From Obrimoposthia wandeli (Eukaryota), in NCBI GenBank assembly GCA_977020255.1, contig CDROCS010002459.1, positions 1 through 64,000 of the forward strand: a stretch of 64,000 nucleotides of DNA, written 5' to 3'. Position numbers and translations under genes: made by a program. Positions 41,115-53,449 of this stretch are shown in pieces (positions within the stretch are counted from its first letter, which is position 1; each line of letters starts with the position of its first letter). The notes under the pieces were generated by a model. The model saw only the letters and a program-made list of their open reading frames with translations. It was not told where the DNA came from and did no database searches.

Positions 41115-42927
41115 ATACATTAATACTCAAGTTATTAAGATGTTCAAATCTTGATATCGCAGTTAATTTAACAGGAAAATCTATTCCATGATACTGCAAT
41201 TCATTTAAAAAATGGGTATATTTACTGACACGCTCTCTATGCTCAGTAATTACACCCCTTTTGAGGATGGCCAACACGCTATACAGAAAGCAAAGGTTAT
41301 CACTGTTTTGTACGTTAACAATGGAACGTGAAAGTTGAAGAGATCTAGGTGAAGGAATGTATGAACTCCCCGAAAGATATATCATGTCAGTGATTTTTGT
41401 TAGAACAAAGCTAACATCGTGAATTCTAACTAGAGTCCACCCACTACTTAACTCGCTATAATTAGCAATTTTTTCATCCAGGTTTCTTCCAATTTCAGTT
41501 ACAAAATTATCATAAAAACAGTTGCTTTATGTGAAATTACCCAAGTTTTAGTGTCCTCATTGACATTTTTAAACTGCACTGTTGCGCAAAATTGAACCTT
41601 AGCCTGTCCTAATTTAGTCACCTCTGATTTTAAAAGATTTTCAATATTTGAATTTACACCTACGTTTAATAAAATTGCATTTCCTAATGGCACCTTAACT
41701 ATAACATATTTATTATTTAGGTGATACTCTATAGTAGCACCGTTTTCTCTACGTTTTTGGTGGGATCTTATTAAGAAATTGGCCTCGCCTCTTTCTTCCG
41801 TTTGTCGCTGACAAACCTTCCCCTAATTGAACGGGAAGACAACTATTTATATTAATAGTTGAGACAATCGCAGCTGATGTGGAAGCTGCTGCTATTGTTG
41901 ATGCTGCCGATGTTGAGGCAACTGTAGCTGATGTTGAAGGGACCGCTGACCTTGCCGATGAAGAAGCGGCTGTTGTAGAGGTTAGTGCTGCTGAAATAAA
42001 TATATTAAAATATAAATATATTTTTAAAAAGTATTAACTCTAAGGCGTGCTAACATCGATGTAGGCACTCGCGATGGTGAAGGCATATCTGTTGTAGCAG
42101 ATGACGATTGTAGAACGGTATTTCCTGAATAAAAAAATAAAATAAAATATATATATTAAAAAATAAAACATATAATTTAAAAATAATAATAAAAAATACC
42201 TAATGAAGGCAATCCAAGTTGAGCTGGAATGAAGTCCTCTTCATTGACGAAATCCATCCAGCTGTCATCCGACATCTCGACGAAATCGGATTCCTCGATG
42301 GTCTCCAACCATGAGTTATCGCTCCACTGCTCTATCTCGAAATCTGACTGGGATATGTCATTCATCCACTCATTGTTAGACATTTGAGTGGATTGGTCAG
42401 AATCAGGAGCCGGGGAGACCAATCGCATGACCGTAAAAGGGTTGATCGACTGCAACTGGAATTGGAGCTGGAGCGGCCTGCGAATCGTGCACCAATTGCA
42501 TGATATCCCTCTTCTTGTTGTTGGCCGTGAAACACGATTTTGATTTTTTGATTTTTTTGGATTCTATTTTCCAGTTTTATATATATTTTTCCATGTAATA
42601 AAAAATAAGATCAGGTTTCCAGGTGCGAATCGCGCACCAATTGCATGATATCCCTCTTCTTGTTGTTGGCCGTGAAACACGATAGGTGAGCTCGATGTTC
42701 ACTGAAGAAGTCTCGAAACTCCTTCTCCTCCATTGTTCTGCAGAAGGGGCAGACAAAGAAGTGAAGCCCGCGAGACTTTGTCCGGTAGTATGCAGACATT
42801 GTCTCCATGCAGGTCTCTCCTCCATGTGGAACCGAAACACCACAATACGCAGGGAATAGGTTACAAGTAATCTGAAATAATAAATATTAATAAGGAAATA
42901 ATAAAAATAAATTCTTACCATAGGCAT
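38451..42927 (-). pseudogene. pPolB: Full-length spliced pPolB with long N-terminal extension (~1380 aa reconstructed)
   Basis: GSSYIP..NSDNLCF, YADFE, VRDHDH.TG, FHNLKGYD, GIRGG, LYIDINN, FYKLKSNSLFGK, GDTD; introns 42872-42918, 42125-42199, 41991-42038. Fusion of the 5' exons to polB is inferred. Confidence 0.85.
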
Positions 42928-42967
42928 TATTTCAAATTGTCGGGGATTTAAATGAAGAAAGTGTTTG

Positions 42968-43010
42968 CTTATATACTAAAATTTATGCACACATGCTCTT
43001 TTCCTATTGG
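42968..43010 (-). promoter_or_regulatory. CCAAT + TATATAAG promoter upstream of the pPolB 5' exon
   Basis: TATA at 42975-42968, CCAAT at 43010-43006, ATG at 42927. Confidence 0.6.
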
Positions 43011-43127
43011 ATTAAAAAATTTAGAAGGTTTGTTTATCTGTTAAATGGTCGAAAAAAATATTTTTTTATTCCTCCAATCAAAAGATTTAATTGTAAAAGA
43101 ATGAAAATTATGAATTAGAAGAATTGT

Positions 43128-43615
43128 TTATCTACATGTCAAGTAATAATAAGAAAGACTTAAACATTTTTTATATGCGCAATGGTCACCATGATTACGA
43201 TATGGACAGTAAATATTTCGTGGAATTTTTAATAGATGATAACGTGAAATATTTAAAGTATTCAACCTCAATTTGGAAAAATATTTTTTTAAAGTCTTAT
43301 ACTTTTTGCCGACCATTTCATCTAAAACATAAAAAATTCCATTTTCAATATCAAAATTAGATTTAATAGTATCGAAAATACATATTTCACAAAAGCCTTA
43401 TGTCCTTCTTTCCATTTTAATAAATGAAAATAATTAGGTAGATATAAATTAGTAAATTTTTTCTTATAATCTAAACTTTTAAACGGGATATCTATTTGAA
43501 ATATGAAATGCAATGGATGAAAAACGTCGCATACATCCATAATACATAATTCTTTTATAATATAATCCCCATTTTTGTTAATGAAAGCCTCAAAATCTAT
43601 GATATATTCCTGCAT
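43128..43615 (-). pseudogene. Polinton accessory protein, DEDD-exonuclease-like N-terminus with a C/H-rich C-terminus
   Basis: IIDFEAF..NGDYIIKELCI...HLLKWKEG...CPYRNHGDHCAYKKC, split by a frameshift. Confidence 0.6.
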
Positions 43616-43737
43616 AATTATCTAAATTTGCAGCAAATCCCGTTGTTTATAACGAAGTACTTTCATGTTAAGATTGGTATATTTTGTCAATTCTCCTATG
43701 TAACATAATCAATAAAGACAAAATAATAATCAAAATT

Positions 43738-44058
43738 TTATTTTTTTGTAGAAGGACCCTCTTCCGGTTTAATTTGGAGGATTCTCTTTCTTGCTGCTCG
43801 CCGAACATCCTCCATCTCTTCTCTTCTTTTTTCATCCACCTTCCTTTTTTCCAATTCGATCTTCTTATTCCACTCCACGATTCGACAGCGTTCTGCTAGC
43901 CTCCTATCCTGTATCTCCACCCTATGATTCCATTCTGTCGCGACAGCAGTATACAAATTCTGGTTGAGGACCCTCTTTCTTAAGTCCCCTTTCTTCTCAT
44001 TTATTCTGATGTTTGCTTCAATCTTCGTCACCAGACTCTTCATTTTAATGAATTCCAT
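43738..44058 (-). CDS. 106-aa basic coiled-coil protein
   Basis: Intact ORF, E/K/R-rich, TATA-like sequence at ~44094-44104. Confidence 0.6.
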   Translation of the reverse strand: MEFIKMKSLVTKIEANIRINEKKGDLRKRVLNQNLYTAVATEWNHRVEIQDRRLAERCRIVEWNKKIELEKRKVDEKRREEMEDVRRAARKRILQIKPEEGPSTKK

Positions 44059-44252
44059 TTTTTTAATTATGAAGAGGTTAATAAATTTGAACCTATATAT
44101 ATAAATTTAAGATATTTTTTAATCCAATTAAATGATATATTTTTATTTATCAAATGAGTGTTTAATAAATCTATAACTTATCATTGCAAATAAACTTAAA
44201 GATAGTATTTCTACATTTAAAAAAATAAATATTAAGAAGAAAACATATGAAA

Positions 44253-46071
44253 CTAATGTTTATAAATTATATTTTTAAACATCTTTACGAAGTCATCATT
44301 GGGATCATTCGGATCGAAATCCCTCCGACTAAGTATTATAGGAGAAAGCGGTACTGGTTCCTTCTTCTTTGGCCGGCCCGGTTTCTTTTTCGGCTTCACC
44401 GGTTGCTTTGTAGCAATTGTCCTTCCCTCAGGTTTTGGCAATAGTTGCCGCAACTTTTTGGGAGGAGGTGCAGCCGATGTTGATGGTTCTGACGCATAAG
44501 TCCTCTTCCTCTTCCGTGGAGCTTTCTTCTGTTTCTCCTCCTTCTCACGCTGAAGCTGGCGTGAGACGGCATCCTGTTGCCCACGCGAATCTGGAAGCAT
44601 TGCCGGTGAATCAAGTTCCGTCAGGAATTCATCCAATCCAGCGTCATCCCAGGCCCTCTTCAAGTTCTGGCTGGTTGTTGGACGAGGAGAAGCAGTCTCC
44701 TACAGGCGTCGTTGACTTGAGGGCGGACTTATCTCGATCGGCGAGACTGGGATCCTCTCATATAGGATTGGTCCGTCGTCTACTGGAGATTGGAGAATCT
44801 CCTGCTGACCAATCACCGTCTCAGAATAATGACCAATTGAGGTTTTACATTTTCTCGAGCGTCTCGTCTTCTTCACCTCTGCCCTCTTCGTCTGTTTCCG
44901 CGAGAAAGGAGTAACTTCTCCCCAAGTCTCCTCAAATATCTGGACGGGTTCCTGCAAAATATTAATAAAATTTAAACATATAAATAATTTACCTCAATGA
45001 TGGGCAGGTTAGCCTGTTTCACCAACTTGGCCTTCTTCCGCGTGAGGGTTTTGACCCGATGGCGTTGCGGTTTCTTAACTGCCGCTTGCTTCCTATCCAC
45101 CGGTTGAATAGATGTCGCCTCTTCGTGAATGTTCTCCATCTATGTGAATTATTAAATTTAATATCTAAATAATTTACCTTAAAATTATCTGGAGACGCTA
45201 GGTATCGGAGCTGACTCCTTGGCAGCTCCTGGCTGCATTGACTCGCCAAGTACTGCGGTTCAATTAGCCTCTACACCATGGTCACTGACGGTGCCAAATC
45301 CAGTTGAAGTTTCTGAAAATGAAATTAAAAAACATTTAAAATAAATGATGTCTAACCTCATTCGTCGGTTTTATTCTCCTAACAGGAGATTTTGGCCTTT
45401 GAATGGTTCAGGCATTGTATTATCTGCTTTCGGAGTAGCAGAGGGAGTGAGACCATCCCAATCGTCGGTGAACAGGTGCCACTCGTCCTCGTCCAATTCT
45501 GCTACCATCGACTCGTTGGCTTCAGGGGCTCCGATACTTGGCTGTATCCATTCGTCGATGAATGGAGTCAAGTCCTCCTCCCAATCCGAAGGTACATCAT
45601 CGGTGAACAGCTCCTCGTCTGAGTCTGGTGTGAGGACTTTCTCCGGTTGAGACAGCGGGATCAATTTCCAGGGGCATTTGATTGCCGCCTCAAAATTGTC
45701 GAAGAGATTGGATCTCCCTGCTGCTACTGCTGAAGTTGCCGGACGATTGGGTTTTGTGTTTTGTCTGGGAGTACAGTCTTCCCAATTCTCAATCGAATCC
45801 TGACTAGTCAGATCGATATATTGGGATCTCTGTACCCCACCTCTCACGTCCATTGGTTCTTCTCTTGGAGTTGAGCTGGCCAATGAGGCTTCCAACAGGT
45901 TCGCTCTTGCTGCTGATTCTCCTTCGCTCACCACCGATGACTCTTGACTATCTAAGTCAATGTATTGCGACGGTGTTCGTTCGGTGGCGTTCGCTGCTGC
46001 ACTGGCGAGAGATCCCCATAGAGTTGAACCTCCGTCTCTTCGTCTAGGTCAACGTTGTTGTAGAATGGCAT
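44253..46071 (-). pseudogene. Four-exon, ~560-aa disordered nuclear protein (SIM-like, acidic, NLS, AT-hook-like motifs)
   Basis: GT-AG introns 45313-45356, 45140-45177 and 44952-44992 join in phase 0; two frameshifts and two in-frame TAGs. Confidence 0.75.
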
Positions 46072-46104
46072 TGCTGATTTATGAAAAATAATGAACAGAT
46101 GTGT

Positions 46105-46149
46105 CTTTATATACACAAACATCTTACTAACCCTCTTTTATTGTCCAAT
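46105..46149 (-). promoter_or_regulatory. TATATAAAG plus reverse CCAAT upstream of ATG 46071
   Basis: Direct reading. Confidence 0.55.
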
Positions 46150-46179
46150 GAGAGCCTCTTATTCAAATAAATTTTGTAA

Positions 46180-46741
46180 TGTTTTTTTGTGCCTGTAGAT
46201 CAAGAATGAAGCCCGCCCGAAGGGGCGGGTGGTGTATGTTAGGGTATGACACGGGTCGTTTACATTTGTAGTTGTGAGAAGTAAAGTGATACTGTAGCGC
46301 ATGTTTTGTAGTTATTTTCGTGAGAATAGAGCCCGCCCGAAATGGCGGGCGGAGGGTGGAGTGNNNNNNNNNNNNNNNNNNNNNNNNNNNNNNNNNNNNN
46401 NNNNNNNNNNNNNNNNNNNNNNNNNNNNNNNNNNNNNNNNNNNNNNNNNNNNNNNNNNNNNNNNNNNNNNNNNNNNNNNNNNNNNNNNNNNNNNNNNNNN
46501 NNNNNNNNNNNNNNNGTACATCGCAGGGCTAGTCTGTGACCAATGTCGGTCCTGAGCCCTTCGCACCGAAAGGCACGAAAACATTTAGGGAGGGTACCCC
46601 CCTTGTCCTTTAAAACCGGGCATGTGTGTGGAGTGAAATTTCACTCCACACACCTACACGAAATTTCACTCCACACACATGCACGGTTTTAAAGGACAAG
46701 GGGGAGGGGGGTGTGGATTAGACCGGACACATCCACCTACT
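46180..46741 (-). repeat. Right TIR (contains an assembly gap)
   Basis: Reverse complement of the left TIR; the N gap replaces the microsatellite and 46-bp repeat part. Confidence 0.92.
46364..46515. other. Assembly gap (152 N)
   Basis: Direct reading. Confidence 1.
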
Positions 46742-49419
46742 AGCTCATGTTTTATCTTGATCTCTAATTGTACATCCGAAATACTTTACATACGCTTCTG
46801 AAACATTGGATGTTGTTAGAGTCCATTAAGATTAAAAATCGACAATTTGCCACAAATGTAATAAAATTGTTTAGGATTACTATGTAAATATGTTTGATTG
46901 GTATTAGAAATATTTGATTATATATTATAATTTAATACACATACAAATATTTTATTTAAAATCATGTAACTTAGAATCTATACACATCTGAAGAATTACA
47001 GTGAATAACATAGTGAACTGGAAGACACTATCAAAGGTGATGAAATTGCAATTTGATGGCTGATTACTGTTGAAGTTTAAAACAAGCTGTTGTCCAACAA
47101 AACTATACCAGACAATAAAAAAGGAAATATTTTAGTTATTGTTAGTTTGTATGCATTTTGCGAGAAAATCATGTGTGATACAGATTTAACAGTGTTCTTC
47201 TCGAATGAGCAAAACATATTTGTCTAGAATTCAGACATTTTTAAAAACTGATTTTTTTGGATTCTATTTTCCAGTTTTATATATATTTTCCCATGTAATA
47301 AAAAATAAGATCAGGTTTCCAGGTGCTTTAAAAGAACTTTCAAAACACATCATGGGGGAAGTGTTCAGCAACTGAATTCTGATGGGTTAAAACAATGCCT
47401 ATTAATTCAGGAGGACAAATCAGGTTAACAGATAAAATAAGTTTGTTTCATAGAACAAGGATTCGAGAAAAAATCAACTGTTTTTTTGTAATAAAACGTT
47501 TTCCAAGCTTATCTATATCAACATATGCCGTATTCGATTGTTTTTAATTTTTGTGACCATATTCAAGCTATTTGAAGAGGTTTAACTTTTGTTACTGAAT
47601 ATTTCCATCAAAGGGGTAAATTTCTAAAACCTCTTTATTAGAAAGTTTATTTTAGCGTATTTAAATTTTTTATGACAATTTGATGAAAATTGGCTGTCTA
47701 TTATAATGGACAATGATATATTTTTACATTTTCACACAACAAAATTCTGGACAATCAATAAAAATAACACCATGCGACATTTGCGTCGGAAAATATTTTT
47801 GAAAAAACCTCCAAACATTATACGCTATTTACATTTAATTAACGAAAGAAACATATTGAAATAATCATCAATAAGAGATTTTTAATGTGATTTTATGTTT
47901 TGGCTTATCTTTTTTTCTTGTGACATTAACAACATCAACTTTGTGTAAAGATCTAAACCCATCATGTGTCGTACAGTCGAAACCATTTGAAGACTTCTGG
48001 TCAATGCTAAAATCTGGTGAGAAAAAAACTCTACCTCAGTTAGAAAATATAATAAACATTGCCTAGTAAAGTTAAATGTAACAGTGGCTGTCAGGTGATG
48101 AACAACATCAAGTCAGATTTAGAAAACCTAAACAAAGTTAAGTTAGTTCTTCATAGTATCAACACTTGCTTATACATTTTGCGTTTTTTCACAGTATTGG
48201 TATATAAAATATTATTTTTAAATATATTTCTAACTGTTTAAATCGAGTAAAATTAGAGTATATATTCTGATTTGAAGCTATTCAAGTTATTCTTTTCTGA
48301 TTATGTAGAGTATAATAAGGTGAAAATGAGTAATCATATAGTTCAGACTTCGGTTCTGAGTTTAGGAGATCGATTTATTGTTTTAACATACTTTTGTTAA
48401 AAAATTATAGATAATAATTTTAATTTTAGTACATATTTTTAAACACTTAAGTTTAAAAAATAAAATTTTAAATATCCCGTCTTTAATGGAATTAAATTAA
48501 ACACAAAGAGTATATGTATTTATTAAAATACAAAGTTATATGCATAATTGATTTCATAATTATCTATCCAATTAAAACAAAAATACGTATTTCTACGAAA
48601 TGGACGACTGTATTTAAGTTCACTATCCGCAAAATGTTCCAGTTATAGTCTTACTTCCATCGCACTGCTGGCTCCTTCACGACTACGACATGACAGTATA
48701 ACAAAGTATGGAGTAATCTGGGTATACCCCGTTTGTTGTGTTGTGAAGCCACTGAGTCGTAACTTTAGGACTTTTAGACTCTTAAACTTATACCTCAAAG
48801 ACTTGTAAACCTGTTTTGTGAAATATTGGACTTTTATGTTGAGTGAAATAATTCATTGTAACCAAAATGTTATGCTGAAATCGAAAATGTTAAGTACATT
48901 TCCATTTGAACATATAAAAATGAAATTTAAAATTTTGACTAAATTCAACCTAACTTTAAATTTTACACTGATTTCAAGTAAATTAACCAAATTTTAATTT
49001 GACTTCATTAAACAAACTCAATTTAATTTTTTGCTAAATTTATTTTAAAAAATCAAAAAGATCAACATTTGCACTGATTTAAAATATGTGTATAACATTT
49101 CCATTTGAGTTCATTGAAACATATTTAATTTCCAATTTTGCACTAAGATCATCGTAAGCTCAAATTATGTACTGAATTCAAATATGTTAATCACATTTCG
49201 ATTACATAAAATAAAAATGTATTGAAGACTTGACTTGGCAGGTATGACACCCTGTATTACCGAGTCATCATTTCGTCCTAAGTTTACATATTGATCTATA
49301 TTTAGAGTCATTATAATAATAAAAAAAGATAAAACGACATATAAATGAAAATATTTTTTTTCATATATTTATTATAGTTCATGCGTTAAATTAGTTTTTA
49401 AAGTCCAGAGCAAATTGAC

Positions 49420-49990
49420 GTGACTATCAATCGGTTTTCTACCGTTTAAACCCTCTGTGGGGAATTATAACAGAAGCTTTCGTAATATCTCAACCGATTT
49501 CTTATTACTTTTAACTTTAAAGTGTTTCTTGAGTTAATCTCTTAATGCGCGGTTAAATCTTTCAACTAATGTAGTTTTGAATTGAGAAAAACTGAGTAAT
49601 GACTATAACTTAGTTTTTCAAAGAAACCTTTTACAGTTTTATTAAAAAAATCCTTATCTAAATATGTTTGAGTATTTTTATGGATAAAATCAATACTTTT
49701 TCTTAGAGCTTCTTTTATATTTTTTGTTAACTTTGATTTTACTGGCATTACACGACCAAATCTACTAAACACATCAATACATTATAAAATATATTTTTAA
49801 CCTTCATTAATACTACTATAAGGTATCATTTCCATTAAATCGTCTTGGCATAAATCATTTGGATTAATAGCCTTGTATGCTCGAGTTGGTAACCTTTCTT
49901 TATATTGGCTTGTTGATTTCTATGTCATTTTTGTGTTTTCTTTTAACTTGGTTTTACGTTTGATGATAGTACGACAAGGCCACTGTCCCC
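49420..49990 (-). pseudogene. Isolated Polinton integrase relic
   Basis: RLPTRAYKA..DLMEMIPYSSIN, FSRFGRVMPVKSK, VERFNRAL, GLNGRKPID; colinear with 29073-29760. Confidence 0.85.
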
Positions 49991-52449
49991 TATAAATCTA
50001 TGATAGGAGACTACATATGGGGATTAGTGCGTCATAATCCAAAATTTACGAAGTAAAAAATCTAGATCGAATGTACATTTTTGAAAAAGAATTGATGTTA
50101 ACAAGTCCAGATATGTTTATTATTGTAAAAATGCTGTTTTATTGTTTTTATTCGTATTTGGATGTATGATGGGATATTTTTTAAAATAGCATTCAACACT
50201 AAATGATATTTATAAATAATTTGAAAAGCCTAAATAGCAAAAACAGTTATAGTAGTAAAGAAAACAATTTTATGAACTTTTGGTATGAATGTTTGTAGCC
50301 TTTTTTTAAGTAATACTTTATGTTCAAACTCAAAGGCAGTTTTTATTTTAGTTGAAATTTCGTACATACATTTTAAAATAATAAATGTATTTATAATAAA
50401 AAAATTCGTCGATATATGTAATCTTTTTCTATTCGAAATACCACTACAATTAGTAAATCACACGTACTTTCGGAATATTATTAACACTGTGGAATGACGC
50501 TGCCAATAGCCTGGGTTTCTTATTTATCAAGGTTATTCATTAAATAAAATATAATAAGCAATAGGAATAGGAAAAGAGAATTGTGTATGTTAGGCAATTA
50601 GTAGTTATAATCGACAATACATTTAAAAAACTAGAAAGAAAATATTTTCGGTTACACAAAATTGTCTAGTTTTTCGTCTCCACTATGAAAACAGGTTCAG
50701 ATCGTTTTATGTGCTTAGAGGTTGAGTTGAGATCGCGACAGATTGCATACATTTTAGTAGTTTAAACTGAGGTACGTATTGCTAAATATTTGTGTAATGC
50801 GAATGTATTTTATTCTAGTTGTTAATATCCTCCAACATGTAATTTCAATTTTTGAGAAGATTTCAATTATCTTATCTCAATATCTAGTTTCTGTTTCTAT
50901 AATAGTGTTGTTTTCATATATCGGGACAAAAATTATTATCTTCAATTCCAGTTGAATTCGGGATCTGTTTATATTGCGATAGGAAACATTTCTTTTCTTT
51001 ATATTATACTCTCAGCTGTACAATATGATTTCCCAGATTTCTCAACGACTCGATTTGACTCACATTCTCTCTGATATACGCTCTCTACTGTCTCAAGTGA
51101 CTGAATCATTTAGTCGATATGCAATGTCACCTGAGGTTAATTAACATATTAATTAATTTCTCGTAAATTGTAATTTTTCATTTGTTTTAAATTCAATGTT
51201 TTAATCAAATTTAATGTTAATGACCAAAACCATAAGTATCAGTAATTTTATTTTTAATTTTATTCATCAGTTTGGGACCTCAACAAGTTAACCAATTGAG
51301 ATTAACCAATATATTAACTCGAAATCAAATCTCCATATTGTTAGGCTTCAAATATCAAAAATGCAACTGTGTTTATTGAACTACTTTATTGATGAAATTA
51401 TAATACACAAAAATAGAAATTTAAAATGAATGTCTACATCAAGGGGTACAATTACATATTTTATAATTTCTCTATAGATTAATGCTATGATTATGACAAT
51501 GGTAACGATTAAACCACTTCGATTCTCCATAACCTGATTACCTTGGAGATTTTCGTGTTCTGAGTACCGTTCAAGTTGAGAATTATAATTTGTAAAATCT
51601 AGATTAAAACTTTAAAAAAAAATTTTTTAAAAATTAAAAAATCCAAATTAAAACCTTATATAATCATATAGCTACGTTCATGGTGGGCTTTTGACAACGA
51701 TATCATTCCAATATTAATTCCTCGCCATGATTAGTAGACTACGAAGAAACCAGTGAACAAAGTATATTAGTATTGTAAAGTTTGATGTACTTCTTATACT
51801 ACAGAGCTTTTTGAACCAAAGGTGCGATTTTGACAAAATATACCGTATACAATTGAAATGAAATCATGGTTTTAAATGATGATTGGTTCATTAATGCTCA
51901 ACTTTCTAATACATAAAAATTCATCAATAAAGTTTAACTTATTAACGTTTCAATTATAAAAAAATTGAAAAAACCTTTCATTAAAAATGAAAAGAAAGCG
52001 TATTAAACTATGCATTTTGATATAGATTTGATTCTCAAATTAATTCAGACAAAAAGTTATTCACAAAATAAAGAATTGTTAATAAATTTTTTTTTTTTTT
52101 TCAGCTAACTGCCCTTTTATGAAAATCAATAGAGAACATTTTGATACCGATTTTGTAAAGAGATTGATAAGTTGTTTTGATTTTTTAAAACTAATTTTTG
52201 ATTTATAAGTTGTTTTATTTCTTTCTATTTTTTGTATGCACATGTTGGACTTTAAAATTTATTTAACAGTAGATTTACTATTTCCCAAATTGGATATGTG
52301 GTCATCCAATGATACTGAAATGTCAATGTCTGTAAAAAAATATATGAAATAGAAAAAAAGGTTAAATTAAACGGTTTAGTTACACTCTTATTCGCGTTCA
52401 ATGGTTTAAACTTTAAATGAAGTTTTTCCTAAACAAATATTCCACTGAC

Positions 52450-52790
52450 TATTCTTTCATGTAGAACAGTTTACAGGGTGAGGGAATTCCGGTTACTAGA
52501 CACGCTATTTACGACAGAGGATGACTTGTGCTAACTGTCAATAATGTAAATCTGGGTTCACGCAGTTGCGATTCAGTACAAATTGCAATTATTACAAATC
52601 AGAGGGGGAAAACTGCCAGTTTTAATTGGAGACACACAAACGGCTACTTGCACTAGAACATCGTTTATTACCAGCCAAGTTCATCGCATTTCGAAGAATT
52701 CGATATTGGAATTTACACATTTCCCTAACACTTCATATCAAAATTCAGTACGCAAATCTCCCACAGTCGTAATGATTTATAGATGAGATG
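52450..52790 (+). pseudogene. Possible pogo/CENP-B-type transposase relic
   Basis: GIPVTRHAI motif only. Confidence 0.25.
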
Positions 52791-53449
52791 AACTTTGACA
52801 AGGGCACAGGGCTCATTATAAACCAAAGAAAATGTAAATGACAATCTTAAAATAACGACTTCTTTTCGATACATTAATCATAGAAAAATTTTCCCATTCA
52901 TTTTCAATTTCAAAAAAACTTTTACACATAACACACTCTAACATTGATTATGTACCCATAAATGTTTTATAATTATATGAAAATCGCTTTTATTACATAT
53001 GAGGCATCAAAAAAGAATAATAAAATATTATTATCGAAATTTCATGAACAAACCAAGTATTATTAGCACAAAATAAATAATTATTTGATAGAAACGATTA
53101 CTTTTTTCAAAGAATTAATTAGTAAAAAGCTATGTCAGCTTTTGTTTATTTTTCAACTATTGTTTTACCCTAGAAATATACATTCAAAAGTAATTATAAA
53201 TGTTTCTTGAGTAAATGGTGATTTTAGACGATTGTAATTCCTCCAATTAGGAATTTAAATATTTGTAAACTTTAACAACGGTTCATTTTGAATAATAGTA
53301 GTCTCATTCATGGTATTGTCCGTCTAGACATTTACACTATATTTGACATATTTATGGATTTTATTAAAACACTTTGCTTGTAATGAAAATATAAGAAGAT
53401 CATACTTGTTGTGGTGCTGAATTATGAGTTAAATCGATACAAAATTAAA

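Larger units (their letters stand above)
25197..46741. mobile_element. Polinton/Maverick (adintovirus-like) element, structurally complete and pseudogenised
   Basis: TIRs at both ends (AGTAGGTGGATGTG...CACATCCACCTACT), flanks AGATCA/AGCTCA, and the core set pPolB, integrase, ATPase, protease, major and minor capsid. Confidence 0.97.

Noticed and set aside
44247-46047. Plus-strand ORFs (e.g. 44417-44914, 45345-45650)
   Set aside because: Antisense shadows of the GC-richer minus-strand spliced gene.
46301-46584. ORFs spanning the N run
   Set aside because: Open only because of the assembly gap.
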